A stretch of DNA of 64,000 bases, taken from the IMG/VR virus record IMGVR_UViG_3300020598_000119; one strand, 5' to 3'. Positions 19,596 through 31,658 of this stretch are shown one piece after another. The stretch's first letter is position 1. Each line of letters begins with the position of its first letter. The position numbers and the translations under genes were made by a program. The notes beneath the pieces are model-generated. The model was not told the origin of the DNA and did not search any database. It saw only the letters and a program-made list of their open reading frames with translations. The stretch comes from a virus. Its lineage: Duplodnaviria > Caudoviricetes.

Positions 19596-21719
19596 ATGGC
19601 TAGTGAAAATGAAATCGATTATTTTGGCCTGAATGCGATGCTGAATCTCTTTGATGAGAACGGCAAGCTTCAGCTCGACAAAGATAAGCAGGCTGTCCGT
19701 CAATATTTCCTTGAAAATGTGAATAGAAACACTGTTTTCTTTCATAATCTAACGGAGAAGCTGGCTTATCTCATCGACAATGGATACTACGAAAAGGAAG
19801 TCTTTGAGCTTTATTCGGACAAATTCGTCCATGAGCTTTTTGATTATGCGTATTCATTCAAATATCGTTTCACGAATTTCGTTGGCGCGTATAAATTTTT
19901 CACCTCTTATGCCTTGAAGACTTTTGACGGCAAGCGCTTCCTCGAACGCTTTGAAGATCGCGTTGCGATGAACGCTCTGGCACTCGCTCGCGGTGACGAA
20001 AAGCTGGCCAAGAACCTCGTTCAGGAAATCATCACCCGCCGTTATCAGCCTGCTACGCCGACTTTTGCGAATGCTGGCAAGAAGCAGCGAGGCGAGCTGG
20101 TTTCGTGCTTCCTACTTCGTGTTGAAGACAACATGGAAGCTATTGGCCGCGCCGTGAATTCCGCTCTGCAGCTTTCAAAGCGCGGTGGCGGCGTTGCTCT
20201 AAACCTCACAAACCTGCGTGAACACATGGCTCCGATCAAGCAGATCGAAGGACAGTCCTCTGGCATCGTCCCTGTCATGAAGCTTCTGGAAGACGCCTTC
20301 TCTTACGCAAACCAGCTCGGATCACGTCAGGGCGCTGGTGCGGTTTATCTGAACGTCCACCATCCGGACATCATGAAACTGCTCGATACCAAGCGCGAGA
20401 ATGCTGACGAAAAAATCCGCATCAAGACGCTTTCGATTGGCGTGATTATTCCTGACATCACGTTCCACCTCGCGTCTCGCGATGAAGACATGTACCTCTT
20501 CTCTCCGTATGACGTCGAACGCATTTACGGCATGCCATTCTCCGATATTTCGGTCACCGACAAATATTATGAGATGGTCAATAACCCGAACATCAAAAAG
20601 TCGAAGATCAACGCGCGCAAGCTGTTTCAGGCTATTGCCGAGATTCAGTTTGAATCGGGCTATCCGTACATCATGTTCGAAGATCATGTGAACGCAGCCA
20701 ACCCAATCCACGGCAAGGTATCGATGAGCAATCTATGCTCGGAAATCCTGCAGGTCAGTGAAGCCAGCGAATTCAACAGCGATCTCTCCTATGCGAAGCT
20801 CGGCAAGGACATTTCCTGCAACCTCGGCTCGCTCAACATCGCCACGACGATGGACTCCCCTGATTTCGGTCAGACCATCGAGACGTCCATTCGTGCCCTG
20901 ACTGCCGTTTCGGACATGAGTGACATTTCTTCAGTCCCAACCGTCGAGCGCGGCAATAACGAGAGCCATGCCATCGGCCTTGGCCAGATGAACCTGCACG
21001 GCTATCTCGCTCGTGAACGCATCTTCTACGGCTCTGAAGAAGGCATCGATTTCACGAACATGTACTTCTACACCGTGACCTATCACGCCCTGCGCGCTTC
21101 AAATGCCATCGCCCGCGAACGAGGCGTAACCTTCAAGGGATTCGAGAAATCGAAATACGCTACTGGCGAATATTTCGACAAGTACACCGAGAAGGCTTGG
21201 GTTCCGACAACGGAGAAGGTCAAGGGTCTCTTCGAAAAGGCTGGCATCGCCATTCCAACGCAGGAAGATTGGCTTGCGCTGAAGAAGCTCATCATGGAGC
21301 ACGGCATTTACAACCAGAACCTTCAGGCTGTGCCGCCGACTGGTTCGATCTCCTACATCAACCATTCGACCTCTTCGATCCATCCGATTGTCTCGAAGAT
21401 CGAAATCCGCAAGGAAGGTAAGATCGGCCGCGTCTATTATCCAGCTCCGTACATCTCCGATGACAACCTCGAATATTATGAGGATGCTTATGAGATCGGG
21501 CCGGAAAAGATCATCGACACCTATGCTGCCGCTACGCAGCACGTCGACCAAGGCTTATCTCTGACGCTGTTCTTCCGTGACACAGCCACGACCCGCGACA
21601 TCAATCGCGCTCAGATCTACGCGTGGAAGAAGGGCATCAAGACCATCTACTACATCCGCATGCGCCAGGCCGCGTTGGAAGGTACGCAGATTGAAGGCTG
21701 CGTCTCTTGCGCCCTCTAA
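19596..21719 (+). CDS. nrdE: class Ib ribonucleotide reductase alpha subunit
   Basis: [34 protein letters not shown] and C-terminal CVSCAL. Confidence 0.97.
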   Translation: MASENEIDYFGLNAMLNLFDENGKLQLDKDKQAVRQYFLENVNRNTVFFHNLTEKLAYLIDNGYYEKEVFELYSDKFVHELFDYAYSFKYRFTNFVGAYKFFTSYALKTFDGKRFLERFEDRVAMNALALARGDEKLAKNLVQEIITRRYQPATPTFANAGKKQRGELVSCFLLRVEDNMEAIGRAVNSALQLSKRGGGVALNLTNLREHMAPIKQIEGQSSGIVPVMKLLEDAFSYANQLGSRQGAGAVYLNVHHPDIMKLLDTKRENADEKIRIKTLSIGVIIPDITFHLASRDEDMYLFSPYDVERIYGMPFSDISVTDKYYEMVNNPNIKKSKINARKLFQAIAEIQFESGYPYIMFEDHVNAANPIHGKVSMSNLCSEILQVSEASEFNSDLSYAKLGKDISCNLGSLNIATTMDSPDFGQTIETSIRALTAVSDMSDISSVPTVERGNNESHAIGLGQMNLHGYLARERIFYGSEEGIDFTNMYFYTVTYHALRASNAIARERGVTFKGFEKSKYATGEYFDKYTEKAWVPTTEKVKGLFEKAGIAIPTQEDWLALKKLIMEHGIYNQNLQAVPPTGSISYINHSTSSIHPIVSKIEIRKEGKIGRVYYPAPYISDDNLEYYEDAYEIGPEKIIDTYAAATQHVDQGLSLTLFFRDTATTRDINRAQIYAWKKGIKTIYYIRMRQAALEGTQIEGCVSCAL

Positions 21720-21738
21720 GAGTTCGAAAGGAAAATAA

Positions 21739-22761
<1,023 letters not shown>

Positions 22762-22765
22762 TACC

Positions 22766-22798
22766 AAATGGCCTCGAATTTCGGGGCCATTTTCTTTT
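22766..22798 (+). terminator. intrinsic terminator after nrdF
   Basis: AAATGGCCTCGA/TCGGGGCCATTT stem plus T-rich tail. Confidence 0.8.
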
Positions 22799-22859
22799 GA
22801 ATTGTCCTTATACATTTATTGGAGAATAATTTGAATATAAGCACAATCTGAGTTGGACC

Positions 22860-23501
22860 ATGAAGTCCCCAAAGAAAGAGGGATATGTTTATATCCTTTC
22901 AAATCCAACGATGCCTGGAATCGTCAAGATCGGGAAAACAGTACGCGCACCAGAAGTTCGCCTTAAGGAGCTGAATTCTGCTACTGGCGTAGCCATACCG
23001 TTTAAGTTAGAAACTGTCGTAGAGACAAAAAACCCATCTTTGACCGAGCGGATCATTCACGAGCACCTCTCTTCCCGACGTATCAACCAGCGTCGAGAAT
23101 TTTTTGAGGTGTCGGTCAAAGATGCCACCAGAGTAGCCAAAGAGGCTGCCAAAAGAACACACAGCCGAATCTATTCCGGTCGACAACGAAATTTGAAGAA
23201 GTCAGTACACATAGCCCAGTTGATAGCTATTTTTGCGATATTCACCTGGACTGCGATGTTAAGCCCAGCACTATCAATCGTCGGAGCCATCATATGCGCA
23301 TGGTCCATGGCAACTCGAACCCCTCGAACTCTATGGGAGTTCCTCACCTTGCCATCAATTTTTGGAAGGTACTCGGCTGCCGCATTTCTCTTGCTGGCTC
23401 TATACCCACCTATAACTGGGCAAATCGATACCTCAAAATTCACGTTGCAGTCTCTGCAAAAGGAATATCAAGTCATTATTTTCATCGGCTCGCGCATCTG
23501 A
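22860..23501 (+). CDS. GIY-YIG (T5orf172-type) domain protein with C-terminal membrane segments
   Basis: GYVYIL..P.MPGIVKIGKT...R..EL..ATGV..PF...E..IH...REFF; hydrophobic C-terminal third. Confidence 0.85.
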   Translation: MKSPKKEGYVYILSNPTMPGIVKIGKTVRAPEVRLKELNSATGVAIPFKLETVVETKNPSLTERIIHEHLSSRRINQRREFFEVSVKDATRVAKEAAKRTHSRIYSGRQRNLKKSVHIAQLIAIFAIFTWTAMLSPALSIVGAIICAWSMATRTPRTLWEFLTLPSIFGRYSAAAFLLLALYPPITGQIDTSKFTLQSLQKEYQVIIFIGSRI

Positions 23502-23552
23502 TGTCCCTTGCAGATGAGTAGGGTAATGTAAAAACGAATTTGGAGGGAAGCC

Positions 23553-25253
23553 GTGAAAACACAGACTATTTACCACAACGATGGCAATATCCTTTATCAG
23601 GGTAAGACGCCCACGAGAAAGATATTTGTCCGCATGCTACTTAAAAAGGGCGCTTCCTTTGCCAATGCAAATCTGTCTGGCTTTGATCTCTCACGCACGG
23701 ATTTGTCTGGAATTAATTTCGCTGGAGCAAACCTTGATTACGCAGACCTCAGAGGAAGCATCGCAGACAAGTGTGTCTTTCGCGGAGCCAGCATGCGAGG
23801 CGTATATGCCTCGGGTATATCTGCAGTCCAGGCTGATTTTAGCGAAGCCAAACTCGCGAGATATGAGAAACGTGGCAACCTGCCAACGACGTTTCATCAT
23901 GCAACCCTAACATCCTCTAAGTGGGACGGGGCCACTGTGGAGTACGCTGAATTTAACGGTGCGACCATGTCATCCGCCTCATTTGTAGGCGCTACCGTTC
24001 GTAAAACAGACTTCTTTTCGTCCGTCCTTCATAACGTCGATTGGGTCGAAAGCAGCGTAATATCAAATAATTTCTCAAGGGCTGATATGACGCCAACAAT
24101 GTCAATTGCTGGCAAACACCTGCCTGATCGCACCTTGCGTGCGACCGTATACGGCAATTTCTTCAGGGACACAGAGATCGGCGAAGGCAATGCCCAGTTC
24201 AAAAACGATAGGTTTTGGGGCAAAGCATCAACTTATCAAATCTGGGCCGCAGCCACTATTCTCGGCGGTATCGCACTGGATGCTGCCACGTCTGGAGGAG
24301 CTACGGGCCTGTCGATGGCAGCGTCGGCGGTCGGATGGGCTGGAGGCTCACTAGTGTCAAAGATTGGTGGTGGCGCACTCGTAGTCGGCGCGAGTATGCT
24401 GTTGAAATCCAAACTGGAAGACTTCCTTAAAGACACCTATTCTGGAATTCATGCTAGGTGCAACTTGCAAATCAGAAAGGCATTTGCAGAAGCATATAAT
24501 CGCGGAAAGAACCTCGAAAGCTTAGTAGCTGTGATAGCAAGCCGCTCAACTAGCAAGCTGATAGCCAGCTACATGAAGAATGCGGAAGACACCATCTTCA
24601 ATAAAATCAAAGCGACCATACAAGGCGAGCTTGAGGTGATGATATGCGACCGAAAGTCTATGGCCGAGGCCTTGGCGAAGATGTGCGATGCCATGGTAAA
24701 TCGTGCCCCGCCAGACAGAAAAATTGTCATCACGCGCGTCGAAGACAAAGATGATAACGGACCAAAGATTTTCGTCCTCAATACGGATGGAACCACCGAA
24801 GCATTTTGGTCCCATTCAGAACACGGTGAAGCGTACGTCAAATGGGACAAAAATGGCGAAAGACTAACTGGGGATGCCAATCCACGCCTGGCGTGCAGCG
24901 ATGCCGAGAGAAACAAGGCCATGGATTTCTTCATGCGCATGATTATTCTTGATAACGATGTACCAGAATTCGACTTCAACTCTGAAACTCACACAGTCAG
25001 AGCTGGTAGGGATGGATCGGCCGTAGTTTTGAGGAGATCGGACGGACGGCTAAGCAATCCTTATGGCCCAGTAATCCTGACCCCACAAGATGAAGCAATT
25101 TATCCAAAACCGAAGCACATCGATTTGACTCAGGTTGCCGAATCCGCCCCCAGGAAAGATGACGACGAGTCCTTTGATGAGGTAAATGATAACGACAACA
25201 ATCCATGCGAAGAAGAGATAGAAGATAATTCCCCGACCGTGATGCGCATGTAA
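23553..25253 (+). CDS. pentapeptide-repeat protein with central Gly/Ala-rich hydrophobic segment
   Basis: ANLSG-FDLSR-TDLSG-INFAG-ANLDY-ADLRG repeats; GGAGG RBS before GTG. Confidence 0.85.
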   Translation: MKTQTIYHNDGNILYQGKTPTRKIFVRMLLKKGASFANANLSGFDLSRTDLSGINFAGANLDYADLRGSIADKCVFRGASMRGVYASGISAVQADFSEAKLARYEKRGNLPTTFHHATLTSSKWDGATVEYAEFNGATMSSASFVGATVRKTDFFSSVLHNVDWVESSVISNNFSRADMTPTMSIAGKHLPDRTLRATVYGNFFRDTEIGEGNAQFKNDRFWGKASTYQIWAAATILGGIALDAATSGGATGLSMAASAVGWAGGSLVSKIGGGALVVGASMLLKSKLEDFLKDTYSGIHARCNLQIRKAFAEAYNRGKNLESLVAVIASRSTSKLIASYMKNAEDTIFNKIKATIQGELEVMICDRKSMAEALAKMCDAMVNRAPPDRKIVITRVEDKDDNGPKIFVLNTDGTTEAFWSHSEHGEAYVKWDKNGERLTGDANPRLACSDAERNKAMDFFMRMIILDNDVPEFDFNSETHTVRAGRDGSAVVLRRSDGRLSNPYGPVILTPQDEAIYPKPKHIDLTQVAESAPRKDDDESFDEVNDNDNNPCEEEIEDNSPTVMRM

Positions 25254-25330
25254 ACAATGTAGAACATATTGCATTCAATCAGTCTCTGGAGCAATAATAC
25301 GCAACTTATGTCTGGTTGACTGGAGTTACC

Positions 25331-25636
25331 ATGAAGAAAGTCGATGTCGCTGCCTTTGATGAGGCCATCGCAAATGCCGACGTGGCCATAATAGATTTTT
25401 ACGCCGATTGGTGCGGGCCATGCAAACAGATGGAACCCTCACTCCAGCAAATTGATAGCGAAGCCACGGCCGAAGTCATCAAGGTCGATATCGACCAAAA
25501 TCCAGAGCTTGCTGTCCGGTTCGGTATTAAGTCCATTCCTACATTATTACTGGCGAAGGACGGAGACATAATCGACGTCAAAGTCGGCACCCAAAGCGTA
25601 AATTCCTTACGGAACTGGATTGAATCTAAACCATAG
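25331..25636 (+). CDS. trxA: thioredoxin
   Basis: DFYADWCGPCK and GIKSIPT motifs. Confidence 0.93.
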   Translation: MKKVDVAAFDEAIANADVAIIDFYADWCGPCKQMEPSLQQIDSEATAEVIKVDIDQNPELAVRFGIKSIPTLLLAKDGDIIDVKVGTQSVNSLRNWIESKP

Positions 25637-25675
25637 GACATTCGAAGCGCCGAGGTCATTCCCAGCGCTTTTTGT

Positions 25676-27154
25676 TCACCCGATTTTGCGATTGAACGCA
25701 TCAGCCAAAACCAGTCCTATAGTAATCAACTCCTGATTATGTGACGCCTTGTTGGGCACATCATTGCCAGCAATCGCATAGGCGCGTTCGAGGAGCTTAT
25801 CTGCTGCGCCCCAATCAAGCTCAACCGCAGGAATGAGACCTTCGATCATATCAACGATCATGAACGGATGATGCTCCGCTCGCGTGGAATTAACCCACGC
25901 GTCCTGAACGTCATTTGCATTGATTTCCGGAATGGCTTTTAGAACGTCATCCGACAGCGTCCCGACAATTCCAGAGATATCTGCAGGTGACAGCGTCTCC
26001 ACCCGACCTTGTCCGCCGAGATTGAAGACCATCTTCCAACGCCCGTTGGCATTGTTCACCTCAAACGACATCCCGCTCTTGAACCGCAATTTGGAGACAG
26101 CAGCTCGGAAGGCGCGATCAGCCTTCTTGCTGTTGCTGCGAGCGCGCGTCTGAGCCGCAAATGCGACGGCACCGCCGACAGGGGCAAAGGAGGGTAGAGT
26201 GTCAGGGATGGCTTCACCTTTGACCGCCAAGCCAACCAAGTAGGTAAAGAGTGGCGGAATCGCATTACCAGCCATCTTCACGCGATCCGTCTGGCTCTTT
26301 GCTGGAAATTGATAATTCAACGGGAAAGACTGCGCGGCGGCCATCTCTCTGGCCGTCAGTAGACGATATCCGCCTTTGCCATCTGGAACGACAATGCTCT
26401 CACGAGAGACTTTGGTGCAGGTTGCCGTGACGGTGCGTGCGGTCGCATCTGGAGCGTCAGGGAAAGCCATATCGTTGTAGATAGGATGGTTTTGCTTCTT
26501 CTCCCTATTAATGCGCTCCTCTTCCCATGTGAGTGACGCGCCTGGATCGTTGTCCGTAACGTTGGAGCACAAATGGCCCCAGACTGGATCGACGCCACTG
26601 GAACAGCCTTCAACGATCTCTGCTAGCGTCGGAGCGCGACGGCCGCGCAACGCGAGAAGAGCTTCACGAGGGTAGCGCCCCGCGATGCATCGACGGCGGC
26701 GCTGTGGAACGCCCCAATCCGACATGTCAAAGACATCGATTGACGTAAACAAGTCCGCGAACTCGGCAAGAGAACCGCCCTCTCTCAGTTCAGACCGGAG
26801 GATGTCTGCAAGCCGAGGAACGTTCTCCATGACCCAGTATCGAGGCTTCTTTTCTCGAATAACGCGAAGGAACGAACGAACATCCTGCATACCGTCATGA
26901 AGATCCCCGTTGCCACCCTTATTGGCATAGGAGAACTGTGTGCAGGGCGGGCTTCCTACGATCAAATCGCAGTCAGGCACGGATGTAGGGTCCATTTTTC
27001 GAATATCAATTTCAGTTTCGGAGGTCCCGAAATTCCACTCTCTCGTCCGATTGGCTACGGGCCAAATTTCAGCAGACATAACCTGCTGCATACCTGCAAG
27101 AACCAAACCAAGCGACCAGCCGCCACCACCCGCGTAAAAATCAGAAAAACGCAT
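25676..27154 (-). CDS. DNA (cytosine-5) methyltransferase, orphan in this window
   Basis: Motif I DFYAGGGG, IV GSPPC, VI MENV, VIII PQRRRR, IX REMAAAQSFP, X GNAIPP. Confidence 0.93.
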   Translation of the reverse strand: MRFSDFYAGGGGWSLGLVLAGMQQVMSAEIWPVANRTREWNFGTSETEIDIRKMDPTSVPDCDLIVGSPPCTQFSYANKGGNGDLHDGMQDVRSFLRVIREKKPRYWVMENVPRLADILRSELREGGSLAEFADLFTSIDVFDMSDWGVPQRRRRCIAGRYPREALLALRGRRAPTLAEIVEGCSSGVDPVWGHLCSNVTDNDPGASLTWEEERINREKKQNHPIYNDMAFPDAPDATARTVTATCTKVSRESIVVPDGKGGYRLLTAREMAAAQSFPLNYQFPAKSQTDRVKMAGNAIPPLFTYLVGLAVKGEAIPDTLPSFAPVGGAVAFAAQTRARSNSKKADRAFRAAVSKLRFKSGMSFEVNNANGRWKMVFNLGGQGRVETLSPADISGIVGTLSDDVLKAIPEINANDVQDAWVNSTRAEHHPFMIVDMIEGLIPAVELDWGAADKLLERAYAIAGNDVPNKASHNQELITIGLVLADAFNRKIG

Positions 27155-27277
27155 AATACCTCCATAATTAGATCTAGGAGGTCATTAATTCGAATATTTG
27201 TCCATCATTTTTCAATAAATATGCCGCATTTGACGATTTTTATCTGCCAAATTATCATTGTAAGAAAGGACCTCTCG

Positions 27278-27682
27278 ATGCTAGCTCCAATGACACGGCC
27301 GCCAAGCCGAATAAATAAAAAACAAATTGTTGCCTATCTTGAGGAAGAGTTGGCGGCGGATGCCCGTCGCCTGAGAAAGCAAAAAAACATTACCCTTCAG
27401 GAGTTCATCGCAGAGGCTGTCAACTCTGCTGCGGCGGCTCATGGACGACCGCCCTTACTGAAAGTTTCGAGAGTCCGGATCATCAATCGGAAAAGATCTA
27501 TCGCTAAAGCAAGTGAATCCAAAAGCCTTGCAAACTCACGGAATGGCAAAATCAGACTGGCTGGCTGGTTTGAGAAACGCGACGTCGAAAGAGTGGCTCG
27601 ATTCAAGAGCGAGATGGGCATCAATATCGAGCGCCTGATAGAGCAGGGCATCCATTTAATGATCGATCAGGCTTCGGAATAA
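27278..27682 (+). CDS. tandem ribbon-helix-helix-like regulator
   Basis: Two related units, KQIVAYL...ITLQEFIAEAV and IRLAGWF...INIERLIEQGI; AAGGA RBS. Confidence 0.6.
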   Translation: MLAPMTRPPSRINKKQIVAYLEEELAADARRLRKQKNITLQEFIAEAVNSAAAAHGRPPLLKVSRVRIINRKRSIAKASESKSLANSRNGKIRLAGWFEKRDVERVARFKSEMGINIERLIEQGIHLMIDQASE

Positions 27683-27742
27683 GCTTGTTGTTGATTGCCA
27701 TCCAGATGCTCATCATTATTTCGATGAACACTGGAGTATGAC

Positions 27743-28381
27743 ATGACAAAGCTTTTTGAAAAACCAGAGGACTTGGGCGAGTACCTTTTCCGTATCACAG
27801 ACAATGGCGGAGCTTCCGCTGACCGCTATACGGTCGTTTTCAGCGATGGCGATTATTTCGCTTTGTCCAGCTACCCGTCTAGTCCTGTAGGCATCTCGCA
27901 ATCTGGCGAAGATATCCATGTTAGTGGTTTGGCAAAAAGAGTCGAAGATGGTCATGAAGTAGATTTAGCCCTTGGCGATCTTGAACCTCACATCGTGCAG
28001 CACATTCTTGGACGCATCAATGAAGGCTGGCGCGAGTTCCTGGAGGCCGCAGAAAACAAAGAGCCTCATGCAGTGGCCGCCACGCGCGAGGACGCCTCCG
28101 AAAACGAAGGATTGCACAACTCAGCAGGAGACGGTCTCTACTGGACCGAGAGTGGGTTTATGGTGAAACGCGACAGTGATCCAAGCGACGATTTCGGCCC
28201 CTTCACCACCGCAAGAGAAGCCTTAATTTACACCCTCCCAACCCATTACTCCCTTTCAGGACCGGAATACCATTCAACCGTCGATGATCCGAGTTCAATG
28301 AAAAAGACCGAGGGTGCGGCAGAAAAGCTCGCTGAACTGGAAGCTAAATTGAACAATGAGGCGTCAAAGCCGTCACTTTAA
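27743..28381 (+). CDS. hypothetical protein (DNGG..ADRYTVVF motif)
   Basis: GGAG RBS, clean acidic ORF. Confidence 0.75.
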   Translation: MTKLFEKPEDLGEYLFRITDNGGASADRYTVVFSDGDYFALSSYPSSPVGISQSGEDIHVSGLAKRVEDGHEVDLALGDLEPHIVQHILGRINEGWREFLEAAENKEPHAVAATREDASENEGLHNSAGDGLYWTESGFMVKRDSDPSDDFGPFTTAREALIYTLPTHYSLSGPEYHSTVDDPSSMKKTEGAAEKLAELEAKLNNEASKPSL

Positions 28382-28390
28382 TGCTTATCC

Positions 28391-28436
28391 AAAAAAAAGA
28401 CCGCGAACGGTTCTGTGCCGTCTGACGGTCTTTTTA
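28391..28436. terminator. bidirectional terminator
   Basis: AAAAAGACCG...CGGTCTTTTT between convergent genes. Confidence 0.7.
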
Positions 28437-28443
28437 GAGTTTC

Positions 28444-29088
28444 CTACTTGCCTCGACAAATTGCCGAAGTCTTTGAATAGGCCTCATCAGTGTCGATAGA
28501 AGCATGCCTAGCATTCATTTCAGACGCGACCTTATCCAATTCACGATCAATAACGCTAGCAATCATTTGCTTTGCCTGGTCAACCACTTCATTTTGGCTA
28601 GACCCCAGAAAAGTCTTACCTGCCAATGAATTCGATACAGCCGACTTAATGCGAGAGCTTCCAGTAACGATGGCGTGCTCAATGAATGATACATGCTGCA
28701 GCTCGTGCTTGACCGTAACACGGTCGTCACAAGTTCCTTGAGCGATACCAGACGCTATATAAACCTTAATCGGGTCTTTAGCTCCAAATTGAACATTAAT
28801 ATCCCTGACAGAGCCACAAAAACGGCCTCCAGATTTGGCAACGGATGTTGATAGCTGCATTGAGTAGCTGAGGCCGCTGACAGTAAGGCCCATCATTTCC
28901 TTGTTCGTGCCAACAGATTTATTACCTAGCCGCTCAAGACGCTTGCCGTCGACCGACCGATCAATCTGGTAACCGTGATATAGCTGATCCACCTTCACCC
29001 GAGTTGCAAGTGGATCGCACGTTGCGGCTATTCCATCTGTAGAAAACATAAATGGACATAGAAGGAGGAGAAACGCTTTTCGTTCCAT
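28444..29088 (-). CDS. secreted protein with HExxH (zincin-like) motif
   Basis: Signal peptide; KHELQHV. Confidence 0.65.
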   Translation of the reverse strand: MERKAFLLLLCPFMFSTDGIAATCDPLATRVKVDQLYHGYQIDRSVDGKRLERLGNKSVGTNKEMMGLTVSGLSYSMQLSTSVAKSGGRFCGSVRDINVQFGAKDPIKVYIASGIAQGTCDDRVTVKHELQHVSFIEHAIVTGSSRIKSAVSNSLAGKTFLGSSQNEVVDQAKQMIASVIDRELDKVASEMNARHASIDTDEAYSKTSAICRGK

Positions 29089-29154
29089 AGACTTGTAACC
29101 TTAAAAAGGATATATTACATCAACATTATCCGTGAATTAAATAGGAGGTCAAAT

Positions 29155-29862
29155 ATGAGAAATTCCGGTAATCAGTACGCAGATGCATATTTCTACGATG
29201 AAGGCCTCAGGAACCATATGGTTTCCACCTACTCGCTCGTAACGCAAGGCCTGGTCGCGACTGCTCTTACCGCTACGGTCGTTGGGGGCACCAATCTGAT
29301 GGATCTTTTCGTCAGGCCAGAAGGTGGATTTACGGCCCTTGGCACGGTGGTCTCACTTGCACCACTGGCAGTCCTTCTGCTCTTCATGTTCGGCTTCGTA
29401 GGAAAAACCCTCGCCTCGACAAAGGCCGTATTTTGGACCCTGGTTCTCCTGCTCGGCCCATCCTTGGCCGTGACCGCTTGGCATTACACAGGAGCATCGG
29501 TGATTAATGCAGCACTCGCTGCCATTGCCACCTTCATGGGGGCAAGTCTCTACGGCTACACGACCAAGAAAAGCTTGGCCAGCATGGGCGCGTTCATGGT
29601 GATGGGCCTCATTGGATTGATTGCGGCTTCAATCATCAACATCTTCCTCGGCTCCTCGGCCCTAGATTTCGCTCTGTCCTGCATCGCAGTTCTTATTTTT
29701 ACGTGTCTGACTGCGTGGGAGACGCAAGAGCTGAAAGCAACTTACGGCCTGAATCTGCCAAGCGAAGAGACGGAAAAGCTGAAGTATCTCTTCGCCATCA
29801 ATCTTTACCTGAACATCATTAATCTGTTCAGGTCGATTCTCAACCTGACCGGAAGCAGGTAG
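29155..29862 (+). CDS. Bax inhibitor-1/YccA family membrane protein
   Basis: DEGLRNHM, seven hydrophobic helices, SLYGYTTKK, LTAWETQ.LK and A.NLYL..INLF. Confidence 0.9.
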   Translation: MRNSGNQYADAYFYDEGLRNHMVSTYSLVTQGLVATALTATVVGGTNLMDLFVRPEGGFTALGTVVSLAPLAVLLLFMFGFVGKTLASTKAVFWTLVLLLGPSLAVTAWHYTGASVINAALAAIATFMGASLYGYTTKKSLASMGAFMVMGLIGLIAASIINIFLGSSALDFALSCIAVLIFTCLTAWETQELKATYGLNLPSEETEKLKYLFAINLYLNIINLFRSILNLTGSR

Positions 29863-29874
29863 TTATCAGTTCCA

Positions 29875-30822
29875 TCAGTCGGTGAGATCATTTCGGAGGC
29901 GTTCATACGCCTCCTTTATTTTTGGATCGTCACCTGATGGGATTTGAATAGACACTACTGCAATCAGGTCACCTTTCTCAGTGTCATCCGTATTTTTCCG
30001 CATTCCCATATCCTTCAACCGGATGCGCCGACCTTGTGGCGTCCCTCTGGGAATGTTGAACGTATACCTTTCCCCATCAGGACCATGGACATCTTTTTTC
30101 CCACCTAACACCGCTTCCCAGACATCGAGCTTTAAATGCATCTCGATATCCCTGCCCAAAACCCTGAAACGAGGGTCAGGCTTCAAAGCGATCAGTAGCT
30201 CCAGATCCCCTACCACATTATTATCCTGATTAGAGAAGCCGTTTTCGACGACAAAGCTATCGTCTGCCAAACAACCAGCGGGAAGGTCAATAACCAGCCC
30301 TGCACCAGCCTTAGTTCCGAAACCATGGCATTCCAGGCACTTACGCCGTGTCGTCTTTCCGCTACCCTCGCAGTGCGAACAAACAATCTTGATCTGCAAT
30401 GGGCCTCTATCTTTATAGGCCGAATTCCCAGTCCCGCCACAATAGGGGCAGGCGGTCGGCTGCTTCAGTCTGACAAATCCATCTCCATGGCAGGTGTCGC
30501 AATGACCGTGTGCATCATCAATTCGGTAGTGAACTCCATTCATTGCCTCATCAATCGTCAGATGAATTACTTTTATCGAATTTACCCGTCTCGGAGACGA
30601 GCGATATGAATGGGTAGACGGCCGCTCACTTGCTGCAGGTGCTTGATCCAGATTTTCAATGAGCTTGCGGTAAGCATCGTTTAACTCCTTGAACTTCCTC
30701 TCTAGAGTTAAATCGTGTCGATTGATATCAGGGTGGCACTCCTTCGCTTTTTTGCGGAAAGCTGCCGTTATTTCTTGCTTGGAGGCACCGGGTTTTACGC
30801 CTAATATCTGGTAAGAATCCAT
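29875..30822 (-). CDS. DnaJ-family co-chaperone
   Basis: J-domain with HPD, four CxxCxGxG repeats, DnaJ C-terminal domain. Confidence 0.9.
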   Translation of the reverse strand: MDSYQILGVKPGASKQEITAAFRKKAKECHPDINRHDLTLERKFKELNDAYRKLIENLDQAPAASERPSTHSYRSSPRRVNSIKVIHLTIDEAMNGVHYRIDDAHGHCDTCHGDGFVRLKQPTACPYCGGTGNSAYKDRGPLQIKIVCSHCEGSGKTTRRKCLECHGFGTKAGAGLVIDLPAGCLADDSFVVENGFSNQDNNVVGDLELLIALKPDPRFRVLGRDIEMHLKLDVWEAVLGGKKDVHGPDGERYTFNIPRGTPQGRRIRLKDMGMRKNTDDTEKGDLIAVVSIQIPSGDDPKIKEAYERLRNDLTD

Positions 30823-30891
30823 TTTGCACCTTAAATCGACGTTGACTGTAACCGAGCCATGAGGCTATTTCGTCAACAAAGGAGTTTTCTG

Positions 30892-31605
30892 ATGAAAATG
30901 CTAACATCAGCCTTGGCTATTTCTCTAGCCCTTTCTTTGCCGAATACGTCTGTTGCAGCAGACAGCTTCACAAAGTTGTCCCCAGAAGATCGTAAGGCAA
31001 TCGTGGGGGAGGTCATTGAGTATTTTAAAACCAATCCCAAGGAACTCGTTGAAGCCATAATGGAATGGCGACAAAAGGCAGAGACAGCCGCAGTGACGCC
31101 AAAGTTCCCAACGCCAGTATCAGGAAATCAAACGGGTGATGTCACAATTTTTGAGTTTCCAGACTATGGTTGCGATGCCTGCAACACAGTTTCAAAAATA
31201 ATCGACAAGGTAGCGTCGGACGATAATGGCGTCGGTATTGTTCATCATGATCTTCCGAGAAGCGGTAACGTGATGGCCGTCCAAGCGTCGAGTGAGATAA
31301 TTGCGGCAAATGCGGCAGGCGCAGATTGGAAACACTTGAGACGGGTATTCCTAAATGAAGGAATACAACCTGAGACACGCCTGAAGGCACTTAATGACCT
31401 TGGCTTGGTGCCGCTGTCTCTCGATACCCCATCAGCAGCGCTCAATATCCGGAGCAACAACGAACTCGCCAAGAAGACAGGCCTGCAATCACAGCCTGCA
31501 ATAGTCATTGCGGTAGGCGATAAAGTCCAAGCTCTCAATGGAAACATCACCGAGATAATGGTTCTCGATGCAATAAAAGCGCTGAGAGCCGCACATTCAA
31601 AGTAA
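30892..31605 (+). CDS. DsbA/thioredoxin-fold periplasmic protein
   Basis: Signal peptide, YFKTNPKEL, EFPDYGCDAC and cis-Pro loop QP. Confidence 0.8.
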   Translation: MKMLTSALAISLALSLPNTSVAADSFTKLSPEDRKAIVGEVIEYFKTNPKELVEAIMEWRQKAETAAVTPKFPTPVSGNQTGDVTIFEFPDYGCDACNTVSKIIDKVASDDNGVGIVHHDLPRSGNVMAVQASSEIIAANAAGADWKHLRRVFLNEGIQPETRLKALNDLGLVPLSLDTPSAALNIRSNNELAKKTGLQSQPAIVIAVGDKVQALNGNITEIMVLDAIKALRAAHSK

Positions 31606-31645
31606 GACAGAAGGCTGGAATTTTGGTTCCAGCCTTCTGTCTTTT
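31604..31645. terminator. bidirectional terminator
   Basis: 17-bp perfect inverted repeat AAGACAGAAGGCTGGAA/TTCCAGCCTTCTGTCTT between convergent genes. Confidence 0.8.
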
Positions 31646-31658
31646 AGACATATCGCGG

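Noticed and set aside
22860-23501. Intron-encoded homing endonuclease in the nrd operon
   Set aside because: nrdE and nrdF are uninterrupted, the gene lies after a terminator, and it is a T5orf172-type domain with membrane segments.
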